A DNA stretch of 57,852 bases, counting the filler, from Sphacelaria rigidula (taxonomy: Eukaryota): the NCBI GenBank assembly GCA_964200075.2. It is 8 parts of 8 records of this genome, joined end to end, with 100 filler letters (N's around TTAATTAATTAA, not from the genome) between each part and the next. Parts side by side here need not be neighbours in the genome. Positions count along the whole stretch, not along the records: positions 1 to 7,145 come from CAXNAA020016271.1; positions 7,246 to 14,390 come from CAXNAA020016272.1; 6 more parts are not named here. One strand, 5' to 3'. A program made the position numbers and the translations under genes. Under the pieces are notes generated by a model that made no database searches, was not told the origin of the DNA, and saw only the letters and a program-made list of their open reading frames with translations. This document shows, one piece after another, positions 1 to 12,917 of this stretch (positions are counted from its first letter, which is position 1; each line of letters opens with the position of its first letter).

Positions 1-429
1 TTCAGGGCCCATCGGAAGTGAAGAGTCAACCTGTATACAACTTGTCAGTCCCACATTAGCCCGGAGGTGGGAAAAATGTGCGGACGCTCATCCCCAACAA
101 GTCGGCCAAGCAAGTTGTACATGACGTTCCCGACTCATGATAATAAGAAATGCGTGACATGTACAACATATGCATCCAAATTTTCAGCTCAGAGTTGACT
201 TATGTGCCTATTATTTTCCCCGGAAGTCATGGAAGGTATGAAGCGAGAACCTTCGGGCTATATTGAGCCACGCAAAGGCTTGGAAGCTGTATGAATTACA
301 AACGATGTACGACTAGTAAGATTTATTCATCGGAATGATGGCTCTGAGTGACTGAGAGTCATCATGTCACATCACCAAAATTCTGAAAGCATCGTGTGCG
401 CAGCCGGTACCGTTACCGTTCACAGTACG

Positions 430-685
430 GTAGGGTATCACAGTAATGTTCTGTGTTATACTGCGCTGCTCTGCGTTGGGCTTGTTCTGTTGTGGTAAGT
501 GTATTGAGCCCGTGAGTGTAGTGTAGTGCAGCGTACAGTGCTGTATTGTGGGAGCACACAGTACGCTGCCGTGCTGGTTTGTGCGGAACTGTGTCGTGAT
601 GTTCTGTAGTGTGTCTTGTAGTCTAGTCTAGTGTAGCGTAGCCTAGCCTAGCCCAGCGTAGTGTATCCGTGTTGCTGTGCTATGC
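430..685. repeat. Degenerate 5-mer tandem array (GTGTA/GTCTA/GCCTA/GTGCT)
   Basis: Visible 5-nt periodicity, e.g. gtctagtctagtgtagcgtagcctagcctagcccagcgtagtgta. Confidence 0.7.
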
Positions 686-2225
686 TTTGTTGGGCCTGGA
701 CAAGGAAACCCCGACTGGGTTCCATCAAGGTCTGCTTTTACACAGCAATTGCCAACTGCGGTGAACCACCGCACACCGCTGCGCAACTTTGTTCACGATG
801 TGCAATCTACAATATCCTCGATTTTTCTTTCCCCGTACTATGGTACCGGCCACATCCCCTTCGCTGTCGGTTAGTCTGAAGCACAGAAAAGTGAATAGTG
901 CTTCGTGTACCGGCACGGCGGAGCAATTCGTACAGGTGCTTTCAGTACAATATTGCGTGTTTCCTTCCTGTGAGGTCCCAACACAACAGCATACGACCAC
1001 GCCGTCGATGGTTCTTGATTGGAAGAACGCATCTTTCCACCATTACGCAGAGGTACCGCTCGTGCACGGTACTAAACAGCCGCGGCGAACTGCCGCGCCT
1101 CCTTGTACCTGCCGGGTCTACTGTTATGTTGACTCGCCATGATACGCAAGCAGTCATGCTGTATAAACCATTGGTCCGCTGAGTCGAGGGTGGATTACAC
1201 ATATGCAGCGCATTACCCATGGGAAAAAAATACGCGTGATACAGGCCCCATGAACATGAAATGGCAGAATTCAACTCTTTGCCGAGTGTTGGTCCCACAT
1301 TCACTCGAGGGTGGATAACATATAACATGTGCAGAGCAGGCATCTTGCGCGCATTACAGGTTTGAGAAAAGTGTGTATGGTTCAGGCTTCATGACTGCAG
1401 ATTAATTAGCCTTGTTGACTTACGTAGGTCCCGCATTCATCCCAAGGTGGGAAACATATACCGGCGCTCGCGTCGAACTTGTCGCACATGGCGTGCATGT
1501 ACAAGCCATTCACGCCTTGAGTCATGAAGAAGGGTTGACTGCGTGAATTACAACTGATGTACGAACCGCATGATTTCTTCATTGAGATGACGACTTTGAG
1601 TTGACTCACGAGTTGATTTGTCTTAACCGTGAAAAGATCTCCACGCAGTATTTGCGCCATTCCACGTGCCTGTGGTGCGCGTGCTGTACCTGGGTTGCAA
1701 CGCTGAAAACAAAGCCTAAGGATTGAGTCGTACGGTACGAGTCAATTACACTGAAGTGAAGTAATTTCCAGACGAATCATTCATTTGTTCGACCCTTGAA
1801 ACCTATATGTGATAATCAAAGCAGCAAAAAGCCGAGCGCACGGAACACCTGGGAACTCCCTCGCGAGACATCGTCATCGTCAGTGTCGCCCATAGGAGGC
1901 GCTTCATGCAGTCTGAAATCAGTTATTATGCGCTGTATGACCATTTCCTTCCCGGCAGTTTTGGAGATGTGTTTTTTTTAGGGGGGGGGGGGCTATCGCG
2001 GCATCATTCGGAAGAACTGGTCAACGCTCTGGGGGGTCGATTGGCGGAAGCTCTTTTACATGCACACACGCAACCATATCTCGAGGGAAAATAAAATAAT
2101 GAAAAAACAGAAGTTAACTGCATTTGTCCCAATCAGTTGGCACGGAACACAAGAGCAAAATAAATATCCAAGAACGTGAAAGAACAGGAACGCACGAAAA
2201 AAAAAAATAAAAATCAAATAGTCAC

Positions 2226-2357
2226 CTGTTCCAAGCGCTGCGCAAATGTAGCGCTCGCCAAGTGCAGGGTTTCCAAAGACCGAAGACGGTCAACCAGGAG
2301 AGGGAGGCCAGCCGCTAGACCCTGCCAGGTCTGCAGGGTGGCGAACGCCTCGTCGAC
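2226..2357 (-). CDS. DCTN2: Dynactin subunit 2 (p50/dynamitin) next exon (absent from the ORF track)
   Basis: CAG acceptor at 2358-2360, GTGACT donor at 2225, 132 nt, phase 0/0. Encodes VDEAFATLQTWQGLAAGLPLLVDRLRSLETLHLASATFAQRLEQ, which matches the dynamitin C-terminal W...LPxLVxRLxxLxxLHxxAxxFxxxL motif. Joins in frame to exon 5817-6014 across a ~3.46-kb intron. The other exons were not found on this scaffold. Confidence 0.85.
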
Positions 2358-3264
2358 CTGTGTACCCGCGTTCGTTTGTCACCAAACGGTACATCAACGG
2401 AAAATATGGAGTTGAGTTTCTAACATTTTGTTTTCGAGTACGCCTAATTACTGTACTGAATACTGTACATAAGTTTGATATGGAACCATTACAAAAAGCA
2501 GAACTTGCATACATGAAATGCCTCTTCGTATCTGAATTCCTTCAAGTCGGCAAGACCCATATTCCGCGCGATTCATGGTTTTTCACTGAAGTTCACGCAA
2601 GACGTCAGAGGGGCAAAAGATGGGAAGTCATGTATGTCTTTCTGTTGATTAGAAGAATTCCTCAGTCTGGGACATGACCCCCCCGACCGGGCACGCGAAG
2701 TCATTCAGCAGTCGCACGGTTGAGATAATTGTCCTATTTTCCACAACTCACAGTTCGCTCCTCGTGTCATCAATGTTCGAAGGAATCGATCTAGGAGGGC
2801 GTGGGGGGCACGCGCGGCGGGGTGTACTCATGCCATTGACCGCGCACCCCCACGAAGTCGGGACAGAGCATGCCGCGTTTTCGCCGGACTAGGCTCGCAA
2901 TCAACGAACAAGCGCGAAGCACCGTCATGTGTACGGCGAGTAGCATAAAGGATGAGGGTGTACGTATAAAGGATGAGGGGGGGGGGGGGGGGGGGGGGGG
3001 GACAAATAACAACAAAAAATGACAAACATATATATATGTGTATATGTTGTCCACAAAACCCTGACGTACTGGCTATCGACTACCAGCTGCCCAATTTCTC
3101 CCCAGATTTTGAGACCCCGCCAACCGAAATGCTGTGAGAAATGACCGCACGAACACGTATAATCATTTCTGTTGAGGAGACGGATTCTCCGGCGAAGGTG
3201 ACGGGTTCACACCCTGGGCAAAATGACAATACATGGATCAAAAGATGCAGAAGACAAGAAAACA

Positions 3265-3346
3265 TGTACTGGGTAAAGTATAGGCCTATTGCAACCATTG
3301 TCGGCACCGACAATAGTTGCAATAGGCCCACACTTTGCCCAGTACA
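3265..3346. mobile_element. 82-bp near-perfect hairpin, probable TA-flanked mini-MITE in a DCTN2 intron
   Basis: 40-bp arms with 4 mismatches and a 2-nt centre. Structure TA-CTGGG...CCCAG-TA. Confidence 0.7.
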
Positions 3347-5816
3347 CTTATTGTCTATGGAAACTATCGTCTACTGCAATGGACGCAATAGTCGATACTG
3401 TAGACAGTACACTTTTCGACAGTGTATTCTTTCTGTCATCATCCAGGCGGTGGATACTTCGCAGCAAAACCTTCGAACGCATCTGTCGCGAAATCGCACC
3501 CGCGTGCTTTCTACCGTAAAGGTGCCAGTTGTGCCATAAGACCTCCAGCGCGCAGCACATTTTCGCATATGAACTGATTCCTCAGGAATCCGGCCGTGGT
3601 CGCCAAATAGGCATGCCTAAGGTATAGACAAAACGGGAGGAGATCGTCGGCAGAAAAAACTGCTCCGACCCGATAGTCGTGGCCGGAGAGTGAATGGTGG
3701 GTGAGCCACATTCATACAGAAGACCCAACAGACGGATATATTTCTTATCTGATCTGTAGTTAACATATGTTCGCCATTTCACCGCTTGCAGCAGAGACCT
3801 CTGAACAGTGTTCGAAGACAGCCCCTTCTCCCCCAATCGCGCAACCCATGAAACAAAAAAAGATACCGCAACTTGACGCTGGGGATATAGATCGGATGCC
3901 ACTTGGAAAAAAAAAAAATCCAGGACATGCATGTTCCTCTGGCGTCGAGTACCACAATTCGCCATCCTACTTACTGCCTGTGGCACGCTTGAAGCGTTTT
4001 AACAAAAAAAAAAAAAAACGACGTTTGATGGTAAATTGCTGTAACTTCTGTTGCTTTTCTACAAGAAAATCGAAAGCAATGAGGCAAATGAACCGCACGG
4101 ACAACGGCGTCACAGGGCCCAAAACCTCCTGTTCGAAAAGGAGCAGTCGGTCACGAGCTATGTCCAATAACCAAAACAATTCCGGTCCGGGCGAATCACC
4201 ACCGATTCGAATCTGGCGATCTTCACGTTTCTTCAGGTCTGATGGCTCGAAAGAGCAAAGAACGCTTGACCGCTTATCGAAAAGGTCTCCACGCAATTTT
4301 TGCGCCATTCCACGTACCTGGGTTTGTACCTTGTACCTGTACCTGGGTTGCAGCGTTGAAAACAAAGCCCGAGGATTGATAAGTACGGTACGAACCAATC
4401 GCACCAAAATCAAGGAATTTCGAGACGAATCATCAATTCGTCCGAACCTTGGAAATTTCAGCGTGTGGCTGCAGAAGCCAAAAGGTCTCAATTCGAAAAC
4501 AGCTGAAGGTATTAAAAATCTGGAACGGTCACATTTTGCAATCTTGAAAAGCAGGCTGCTCGACGAAACTGGTCTTGGCTCCAGGTTCTCTTCACAACCG
4601 CTGCAATGAAAAACCGCAAAGGCGGACACCCGGAGTTGGAGCTCTCCTTTTTATTCAACTCACAACAGGCGCAGCGGGAAATGTCTTTGGAGACACATCG
4701 CATGTACGCATCGTGCACCTCTGCAGAAGTAGTAGAATCAGCGATGAAAGTCGTGAGCTAGGGATATGTTCAAAAACAGACTGGGAAAAGGGAAGGGTTA
4801 GAAGTTGTACGCACGACCAGGAATCTAGGGCCAGGACTCAAGGAGCAGGCCACGTAGCATTTGCATTCCCCAGCTGAAACTACCGTTTGCTGATCCACAA
4901 GACCCCCGCTGCTGTAGATTAAGGTTAGCGCAAACGCTTGAATAAATCGAAGAAAAAAAAAAATGGTAACAAAACGCCTCAAGTACAAGACCACGTCCTC
5001 TCCGATACGCCTCTTCTAACCCTATTGGTACTGGCAATGGAAAAGTGCTGATTTCGAGGTGCTGATTTTTTGGCACGACATATGGCTGATTGTTTGCAGC
5101 TTCCACGCAGCACTACTTTTACACAAGGCGTGTTTTTCAGACCCGCACGAGTTCCAGATGCCGGTGAATCGCGAAGATATTTCACCTCGGACTTACCACA
5201 TGTGGCGAGGGAATTTCTGTGTGCTCGGCCATGCTACTTTGTTTCTGTGATGTGGCTTAGCACGCTTGCCGAGTGTTGGGCGGGTACGACCTCCGGGCTG
5301 CAGCACAACAATACTCCCTTGCGGTGCATCTCCGCTATAAAACTGTGCCCTAGTGCCGCGCGGGACTAAATGTATAGAAAATATACAGGTGGTGCTGATT
5401 TTTGTTGAATGAAATTTACAGGCAGCGGTTCTGATTTTTGCTGTGTGCACGAAGTTGAACACACACTTGACCCTTTACGTCGTCTCATTGGATAAAACTA
5501 ATCCGACAGCATCGGGACGACATTTTGGTGCGAGCATGACTATTGTATGTCGACGCATTCTTCTGTGGCCTTCCACCGTAACAAGAGTCGTGGTCGGTAT
5601 TTTCTTTTCCTATCTCTTCTTCTTTGTCAGCGCTTGAGATAATGAGGCGTCTGAACCGGGGACGGGAGGGGAGGGTTCCCAAAGGGTTAAAAGCACAGGA
5701 AACGAAACGCATTAGCGAGCACAGCGCAACCCCTCCCGGCAGGATCCACAACATGCACATATACTAACGTCGTCCCAGTACCTTTTCTTGTCGCTTCATT
5801 AACGCCGTCACCGTAC

Positions 5817-6014
5817 CTTTTTTTGTCTCGCGACAGTGCCGCTCCCACTAGCAGTCGAGCCTGCGGAGGCCCCTGAAGAAGCCCTGGATTTGGCAAGGCC
5901 GTCTAGCTCGACCCTGGCTAGCTGCGCCTTCTGCCTGAGGCCTTCAAGTCTCCCCGGCTCCAGAACGGACACGCGCTTTTCGAGTGTAGATACAGCTTGA
6001 GATAACGGCACCAT
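5817..6014 (-). CDS. DCTN2: Dynactin subunit 2 (p50/dynamitin) internal exon
   Basis: CAG acceptor at 6015-6017, GTACGG donor at 5816, 198 nt, phase 0/0. Encodes MVPLSQAVSTLEKRVSVLEPGRLEGLRQKAQLARVELDGLAKSR...ARQKK, which matches the dynamitin pattern PLxxxVxxLExRVxxL.xxxLDxLxxK/R. Confidence 0.8.
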
Positions 6015-6202
6015 CTGCGGCCGTACGTGGGGGTGTCGAAAAGGAGGCGATTTGCGATGATGGGGTGTATGAGTAGCACGAAGGTGACGAATAAAAACTG
6101 GATTTCAGCTGTGCGTCATACACCAGTATGCAGTAGACATGAAGCTTTGGTCGTATATCTATGGTTTGGCGACATGACTACTTGATTTTAGAGTTGAAGA
6201 AA

Positions 6203-6490
6203 GTTCTGAGAAAAAATTATGGTTTGGGGCAGGTGAACAGTGAACCCAGCTCGTCCAGAACGTCTTTTCATCGAAATCGGCGCCTGCGGCGTCGATTTCA
6301 GGTCTGCCAACGCACACTTTGCCTAGGGGAACCTATGCACCCCCCTTGCCCGAGGGTCTCGTACGCCTTGGGTCGGGGTTAGGGTTAGGGTTCGGATTAA
6401 GGTTAGGGTTAGGGTTAGGGTTAGGGTTAGATACCCCCCCTGGAACCGACTGAGCTTGCCCCCGCCCACGGTCAATTTTGGACTCAGAAC
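6203..6490. mobile_element. MITE-like element with diverged TIRs and an internal (TTAGGG)n tract
   Basis: Left end GTTCTGAG..AAAATT...GGGGCA matches the reverse complement of the right end ...TGCCCCC...AATTTT..CTCAGAAC. About 8 TTAGGG-like units at ~6378-6430. Confidence 0.6.
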
Positions 6491-7145
6491 TACAGATTTA
6501 CAAGCGAGACAATAAATCTGTTTGAAGGAACAGGTGAAAAGTAAGTATGTCTACGGCCAATATTGCGAAACTCTTGACCGGTTTTGAGCTCACCAAGTGT
6601 GCGTATGCGTTGTAAATCATTATCATGGGGGTACATGCTTTCATGCAAGTGGTGCACGCTGGCTACCCCTACTGCAGCGATAATCGCAAAAATTACGCGA
6701 ATCTCCCTCTGCCCATCCTTTTTGCAATCTTTGTACTTTCGGGGCAGTGCTGGCGCATCTCGGGCATGTCTTATGGCTGCACTGCTGTCCACATTATCTC
6801 GACTCGACTTGACTGGACTGGACTGGACTGGACTGTCCTTTCGTGCCCCGCCGAGACTCCCTTGCATTTTATTCGCAATGCTTGCGGCAACTAATCCCGT
6901 CCCTGCGACAAGCGACAGCGTGTGTCCATGAATCATCTACAGCGCAGTCTCCGGCGTCTGCCATGAAGATCCAGAAATGCCTCGCAATCAGAAACATCAA
7001 CAGCCTTTTGGCTGAGAGATGCTACAGATCTATCCCAGATTCACCCCCGAAATCAATTGAAAAGCAGCTGCTTTTGTCATTACCCACAATGACACATTAC
7101 CGGTAAAACGTATTTCCGTGCCACTACCGCGCGGGGGAAGGGGGG

Positions 7146-7245
7146 NNNNNNNNNNNNNNNNNNNNNNNNNNNNNNNNNNNNNNNNNNNNTTAATTAATTA
7201 ANNNNNNNNNNNNNNNNNNNNNNNNNNNNNNNNNNNNNNNNNNNN
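7146..7245. other. Artificial scaffold-joining spacer (first of seven)
   Basis: 44 N + TTAATTAATTAA (stops in all six frames) + 44 N. Identical spacers at 14391-14490, 21635-21734, 28879-28978, 36123-36222, 43367-43466 and 50610-50709. The pieces between them decrease in length from 7145 to 7143 bp. Confidence 0.98.
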
Positions 7246-7516
7246 CGATAATCGAAACTGTTGCATAGAACAGAGATCAATCCCAAAATAGATCTACTGT
7301 CATATACGTTCCACATAACGGTTCTCATCCTGCATCTCGTTCTCGGGCGACTAGAAAAAAGAAAAAGAAAAAGTAAATTTCGTACATTTTGCAGAAGGGC
7401 GTAGTACGCTGTTTACTCAGCAATATATAAACAGATGTACATACACACGGGTTTCGGCGGCTTTTGATGCCCCGCTCAGTGGATCGAATTCCAAGATACT
7501 GGAGCACCGGTGACAG

Positions 7517-10440
7517 TTATGACTGTTGCGTAAGGGCATACAGCATTGTTCTATCAACCCTAGTATAGCCGTATCTTCTCATCAGCTGAACACGTTGTCC
7601 GTGACCTTGTACAAAATATTCAAGAATTCAACGAGAAACGGCGTTTAGTGTGAGATGCGCGCACAGCACACGCACAAGGAAGGGTCAGCACCCGTTCAAA
7701 TGATGCCGATTCAAAAATAAACTGAGAAAGGATTGACCGTTGGTGTTTTCTCAAAGCATTTCCTGGAGATAGCAGAGCAGTACAGAACACAAGACCCGAG
7801 ACAAAACCATCCCAATCCTCGGGCCGCGAGGCTAGGTCACCGCTGAATCGGTATTGATATTCACTTGAAAAACGTATGCATGATCCAGATGCACTACCTG
7901 CACCGCGGTCTTAGGGTTAACCTTTGTGGCGGTGGGTAGAGGTCATTTGTTGAATCGGCTTCAATTTCACTTGAAAAAAGTATGCATGATTCGGATAGAC
8001 TACTCTCGCGACCAAGGGGTGGAACGAATTTGAGAGCGGCCCAAAGCGTGCCCTGCAACCCGAGTGGAGGGAGAAAAAAAAATGATACTGCAATGACCCG
8101 GCTGACCGTTTCAGACACGAAGCCGATCCGAAGCGTGACCATGATGCCGTGGCTGAAGGAGACGAAACGCTGACCGTTAGTGTTTCTCAGAGCTTTTTTC
8201 AAGATGTCACAGCGGTACAGAAGACCCGAGACGACTGTACTTTCATCAGCAACAGCAGCAGCAATGTCAACGGCAACGCACCGCCGAGGGTCATCTCCGT
8301 CCCTGCGACAGTATCCGACAGCGGAGAGCAGAATCCATCGAATAGACTACCCGTGCCCCCTGGAGAAGACAAAAAGTCCACGCCTTCGAGACCACCGTCG
8401 TCGCCGGGCGTCACCCTGGAACATGACCAAGACAAGCGGGAAAAAGTGGTTTAACTTTTACATTCCATACTCCAACTACCTACGGGTATCCATCTACTTA
8501 TTTAACTATCCACCAGTTCGAGTACAATCGGTTTTATGCAGCACACTTGACATGAGCATTGCTCCCGTCACAAGATAGCGAAATCAAACAAAGCCGGGTT
8601 TAAATCACAGTCCATCCCGCGCGAGAGGGAAGGGGGTTGATGAACTCACGCAGCAGAGCCTACGCGAAACTCCTGGCAACGGTATACACATGATGAAGTT
8701 GTGCTCTCGGAAAATTTACTCTCCGAGCACTCGCAGACGGGCCCGGCTGAGTCTGATTTTCATCTAGTCAAGTGGAACATGACAGCATTTCGACAGATGA
8801 TGGACGCTACTGAGCGGCCAAAGGGTTAGCATTAAAAAACAAAAATAATTTGCCGTATACAGCACATCCCTGGTGAAGAAGATAACAATAGCCATTCAAA
8901 ACTTCAACCGCTCGAGTATCTGTTCAAAAACGGTTTCTTTAGCTCCTTCGGCGACCGTTACTCATCACGGCCAGTGTTTCCAAGTAATGCCAAACTTGAC
9001 CACTGGGCCGCGAGGGTAGTCCGTGTGAATCATGCATATTTTTTGGAAGTGAAATTCATGCCGGTTCAACAGATGACCTGCTCTCGCCGTCAAAGGGGTC
9101 AACATGAGGTGTATAATAGGAAAACTTCGGTAACACGCGCACTAAGTTCCGGATGGGAAATCATTGTCCACGAATATGGGACGACTAATAGGCTAACCGG
9201 TCGTCGGGGTCCTGTGAGTTCACAGCCCCAGGTTGTGCGCCCTTGAAAAATTAGCTCTATCGAACCAATTCCGATAGGTATGACCAACACTCATTCAGGA
9301 CCCCTTTTCGCATATTCGAGTTATTGATTGTGCTACACCCGGAAAACCGTGTTCTGGGATCAAACTGCTGGAAACATCACCCACGATGTTTACGGGTTTT
9401 ACTCCTCAGACCCCGACGACACAAGAATGGGCAAGTATTTTCCGTGAACGAAGTATTCCCTCTTGGAAATTCTACCGATTCCATAACTTTCGAGCGGAGA
9501 TGGAAGTAGCTGACGAGATAAATCTCGATTGTGCCAAGTGTTCGTGTTGACGGTGACTACAAGTACTACCGTTGTTTTGCCTCTCCTTATTCACGCCTCC
9601 AACACTCCAACGTTTCACAAGCTCTCTCCTCACCCAGGATCCCCAGGCGTCGAACCGGGTGAAGCCCCTGGGCCCAGCGTAGGCCGTATCCGCGCCTGAT
9701 GGCGAGCAGTGCGACCTCTCCCCCTCACCCTCGCCCAGGCATCTGACCCCCCGATCCCCACGATCCCACCAACCTCGTGTGAGAAGATACCTCTCCCCCT
9801 TCCTCTTCCTCCTCCTCCTCCGCCGCCGCCTTTTCCTCCTCCTCCTCCGAGCCCTATCGCCAGGCTATCCAACGTAGCATCGACAGAAGAACTATGGTTG
9901 TACGGGTGACGGTGGTGACTGTGCCTATGGTGGTAGCCATGCGAGATTTCATCCGGGCGCTTGACTTCGCCGCGGCCAGCTACCCCAGGAGAAGCGTCCA
10001 CCGACGGAGATTCGGCGGCTCCCGAGCCGACGATCGTTCCACGTGACGAGGCGATGCGGCCGGCATTGCCACTCCTGCCATCACGGTCGCCGCCGCCGCT
10101 GCTGCTTTGGGCGGTGGCGATGGGCGATCTACGTGTGACGGCAGAACTCGCAACAGGAGATCGTCCTCTTGATGGCCTGCTGGCGCCCGCCGTCGCGAGG
10201 GTGCTGGCATCGCTAGGCGAGTCTTCGACGCCCTCGCCGCTGTGTTCACTATTCAGGTCGCCAGTCCCGACGCCGCCCCCGGGAGTGAAGCTGCTGGTGG
10301 GACTGCAAGCTCCGCCGTCGACACTGCCTGAGGTTGGGCCGCTGTCTTCTTCGCCAGTGCCCGCGGCGCCTGCACTCGACGGCCCTACGGTGCCCGGGCC
10401 GGCGACGGCAACCGCGGCGCCGCCTACGCCTCTTGTCGCC

Positions 10441-10471
<31 letters not shown>

Positions 10472-12834
10472 CGCTGCCGCTGCGGGTTCGGGCGCGGCTG
10501 AAGCCCTTTCCAACCGTCCCGCTGCCAAGTTGTGATTGCTGGGATGATTGTTGCTGTTGGAGCCGGAGAATAAGCTGTTTGGATGTAAGTTGTTGCCATT
10601 CATATTCGTTTTTTTGGAGAATTCCGAGGCGTTACGATGAGATACAGCAAGAGAACAAGGACGGGCGGCAGGCGGTGGACGGAAAAAAAAGATCATGAAT
10701 TGAACCAGAAGAATGGTTCAGTACACAATGTATCAACACCTACACATACACGTAACGTGGTGTTCCCTCGCATAAGTCACACTCCACTGGAGAATGACTT
10801 CACCGACATCTCCCCCAGGAGACTGTGATTGAACCTTACTTCGTTTCCCCACGCTCATATTTGCCCCTTATGCTGGAAGGAGGGGGGGGGGGGGGGTAGA
10901 GGTACTAGAGCGGTGGGAAAAGTGCATGCGAACTACCGCATGCAGTATTAGGACAACTAATTGGAAGTTCACATTAAATCTCCAGGAAAACAGCGCTCGA
11001 CAAGGAGAGATTATAGAAAACGGGAGAAGACATGTAGTGTCCGCTTTCGACCGGAACAAAAAAATCACCCCACCTATATGCCACAGGTCTACCCCAACGC
11101 AGAGACGAGAATCACGACGGTTCATGAAACAGTGAATGTATGGGCCAGAAGTAGCAGGCATCCATCAACGCAACTTGTTTCAGCAAGATCCGACGCAGTC
11201 TGCACGGCAGTAGCTGTCGGTCCGTAAGTCGGTCCATACAGCGATCCAAGGTCCGAAATGCGCATGAAAAAGTCATCTCGAACAGAGAGGGGGTTGACTT
11301 TGTGCACCTGAGCGCCGCCTATACAATACAAGCGGCAAAAACTGCTGTGACAGCACATTATCTGCAGAATAGTTGCCCCCACCATGAACATAATTTTTGA
11401 ATCCTGTTGCGAGACAGCATCAACCCAGGGGTCGTCAACCAAAACGTCATCCTATCAACACGGTGAAAATATCAAGGAGCGAAAAAAATATTTAAAAAAT
11501 GCGTCACAACAGCACTCACTTCCCTGTCGCCATGCGCATCGAACGGGGAGTAGGTCAACTCCGAGCCCGAATTGTTTGACGAGATAGAAAACAGCCTCCC
11601 TTGCGCCGAACTCGTCGCCGACGCCGGCGATACCCCGAACACGTACCTCCCGGATGATGTCTGCGAAGCGGGTGACACGGGCGGCAACGCTAACTGCCCG
11701 AGCGGATACGACGAGTGATTTTGGATACCACCCCCCATCCCACCGAATCCCATCCCCCGTAGATACGCCGCGAGCCCCCCGCCTCCGTGTCCCGCAACAC
11801 CGGCAACGTTGGACGCGGGAACGGTTGCGGCGGGTGCCATCCCACCGTATAAGTAGCTCACTCCAGTAGAAGACACGCCGTTACTCGCGCCGGAAGCACC
11901 TGTAGGCACAGGCGGGCTGTTCGACGGGGAAGTTCGAGTATCGCCGCCACCGCCGGCGCCGGCGCCGCGGCCACTGATCCGCAAACGCTCGGGCGATACG
12001 CGCATATCCGCTTTACGAGCTCCGGCTCGTGTCACGGACCCTCCCGTATCTCCTCCCGCGACTTTTGCGGGGAGTTCGGGCGGCGAGGAAGCAGCCCGTG
12101 CTCGGCGGTGCTCCGGAGATGCGATGCCGGAGTGAAAAGGGGCTGCGACAGGCGGGCTGCGGGCGGGTGTGACGTGGGGTGGCGGAGCGGCCGAGACGCT
12201 GACCGCCGGCGGGACAGATGCGGCGGTTATTGCCGCCGCCGCGTTGTTGACGGGCATCACCACCGACGCGGCCGGTGCCGGCACTGCTACTGATGCTATC
12301 GGTGTACTATCTCCTTTTGGTGCTGTCGGCGCTGGGGAACTCTTCACAGGCGTAAAGGATGGGGGATCAGCGGTGGCCACCCCTGGTACGGCTGTTGCTA
12401 TTGATTCAGTGGCCGCCGGGGTGATTGTTGGGGGGTCGGTGGTAGTGACCTCCTTTTCTGGGCTCGTTTCCCCACCGGATCCTGACATCGTCGGGGTCAG
12501 TTATTATGATTCCTAATCTGAGCCGTCTGGTTTCTTGCCCTGCCTCAACGTGAGACAATCGACGAGGTGAGAAGAAAAGTAGTAGCCGTCAACCGTTGAC
12601 CTGAATCCGATGCAGATATGCCAGATACGCCCCTCTTGCCCAAAGCTTACCGTGTCCTGGCCGTAAGGCGGGACATTCACGAGCAGTCAGGCCGGAAATT
12701 CCGCGTAAAGAGGCTAGAGGATTGAGAGGGAGCGGGTCGGTGGCGGGAGAAGAGGAAGACGATACGGGTGTAGGGGGCGTTAAATTCCAAATGTGGAAAG
12801 CGACGGCACTGGAAGGCTCGTCCGTGTCGGACAT
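7517..12834 (-). CDS. Multi-exon gene for a ~770-aa low-complexity, probably disordered Ser/Gly/Ala/Pro-rich protein; no domain recognised
   Basis: Phase-consistent GT-AG model: exon 1 12834-12651 (accATG, GTAAGC donor); exon 2 12481-11520 (CTGAC branch + CAG, GTGAGT donor); exon 3 10574-9634 (CAG, LILRLQQQQ...HHRHSHHRH...GGGG, GTGAGG donor); exon 4 8415-8282 (TTCCAG, GTGCGT donor). The last exon is uncertain: 7605-7517 (ends ...LTQQS*) or a closer exon starting near 8170. Confidence 0.75.
7815..8020. mobile_element. Tandem pair of ~100-bp piggyBac-like MITEs sharing one TTAA
   Basis: Junction AGGG-TTAA-CCTTT at ~7913-7925. Both units contain GAATCGG.TT.A.TT(T)CACTTGAAAAA.GTATGCATGAT. Further copies at ~8997-9102, 12970-13175 (inverted pair) and 13953-14061. 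Confidence 0.7.
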
Positions 12835-12917
12835 GGTTCAGCAGGTTCACAGCATTTCACGCGAAAATTGTGAGCGGCATACGCATCGAGCATATTGCGC
12901 TGTGTGCATTATAGGCG

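Larger units (their letters stand above)
1600..4480. repeat. Two diverged direct copies of a dispersed repeat (~1600-1830 and ~4270-4480)
   Basis: Shared text such as TCTCCACGCA.T.TT(T)GCGCCATTCCACGT...CTGTACCTGGGTTGCA.CG.TGAAAACAAAGCC...GGATTGA...GTACGGTACGA...AGACGAATCAT. The copies flank DCTN2 exon 2226-2357. Confidence 0.75.

Noticed and set aside
3767-4629. Overlapping 280-aa (+) and 220-aa (-) ORFs as genes
   Set aside because: They lie inside the DCTN2 intron, include homopolymer-derived K/F runs, have no recognisable domain, and overlap a repeat whose second copy (~1600-1830) does not keep the long frame.
6378-6430. True telomere or chromosome-fusion site
   Set aside because: Short, degenerate, internal, and enclosed by inverted repeats of a MITE-like element.
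9961-10698. 245-aa plus-strand ORF (also 12169-12516)
   Set aside because: Antisense shadow of GC-rich minus-strand exons that have proper splice sites and consistent phases.
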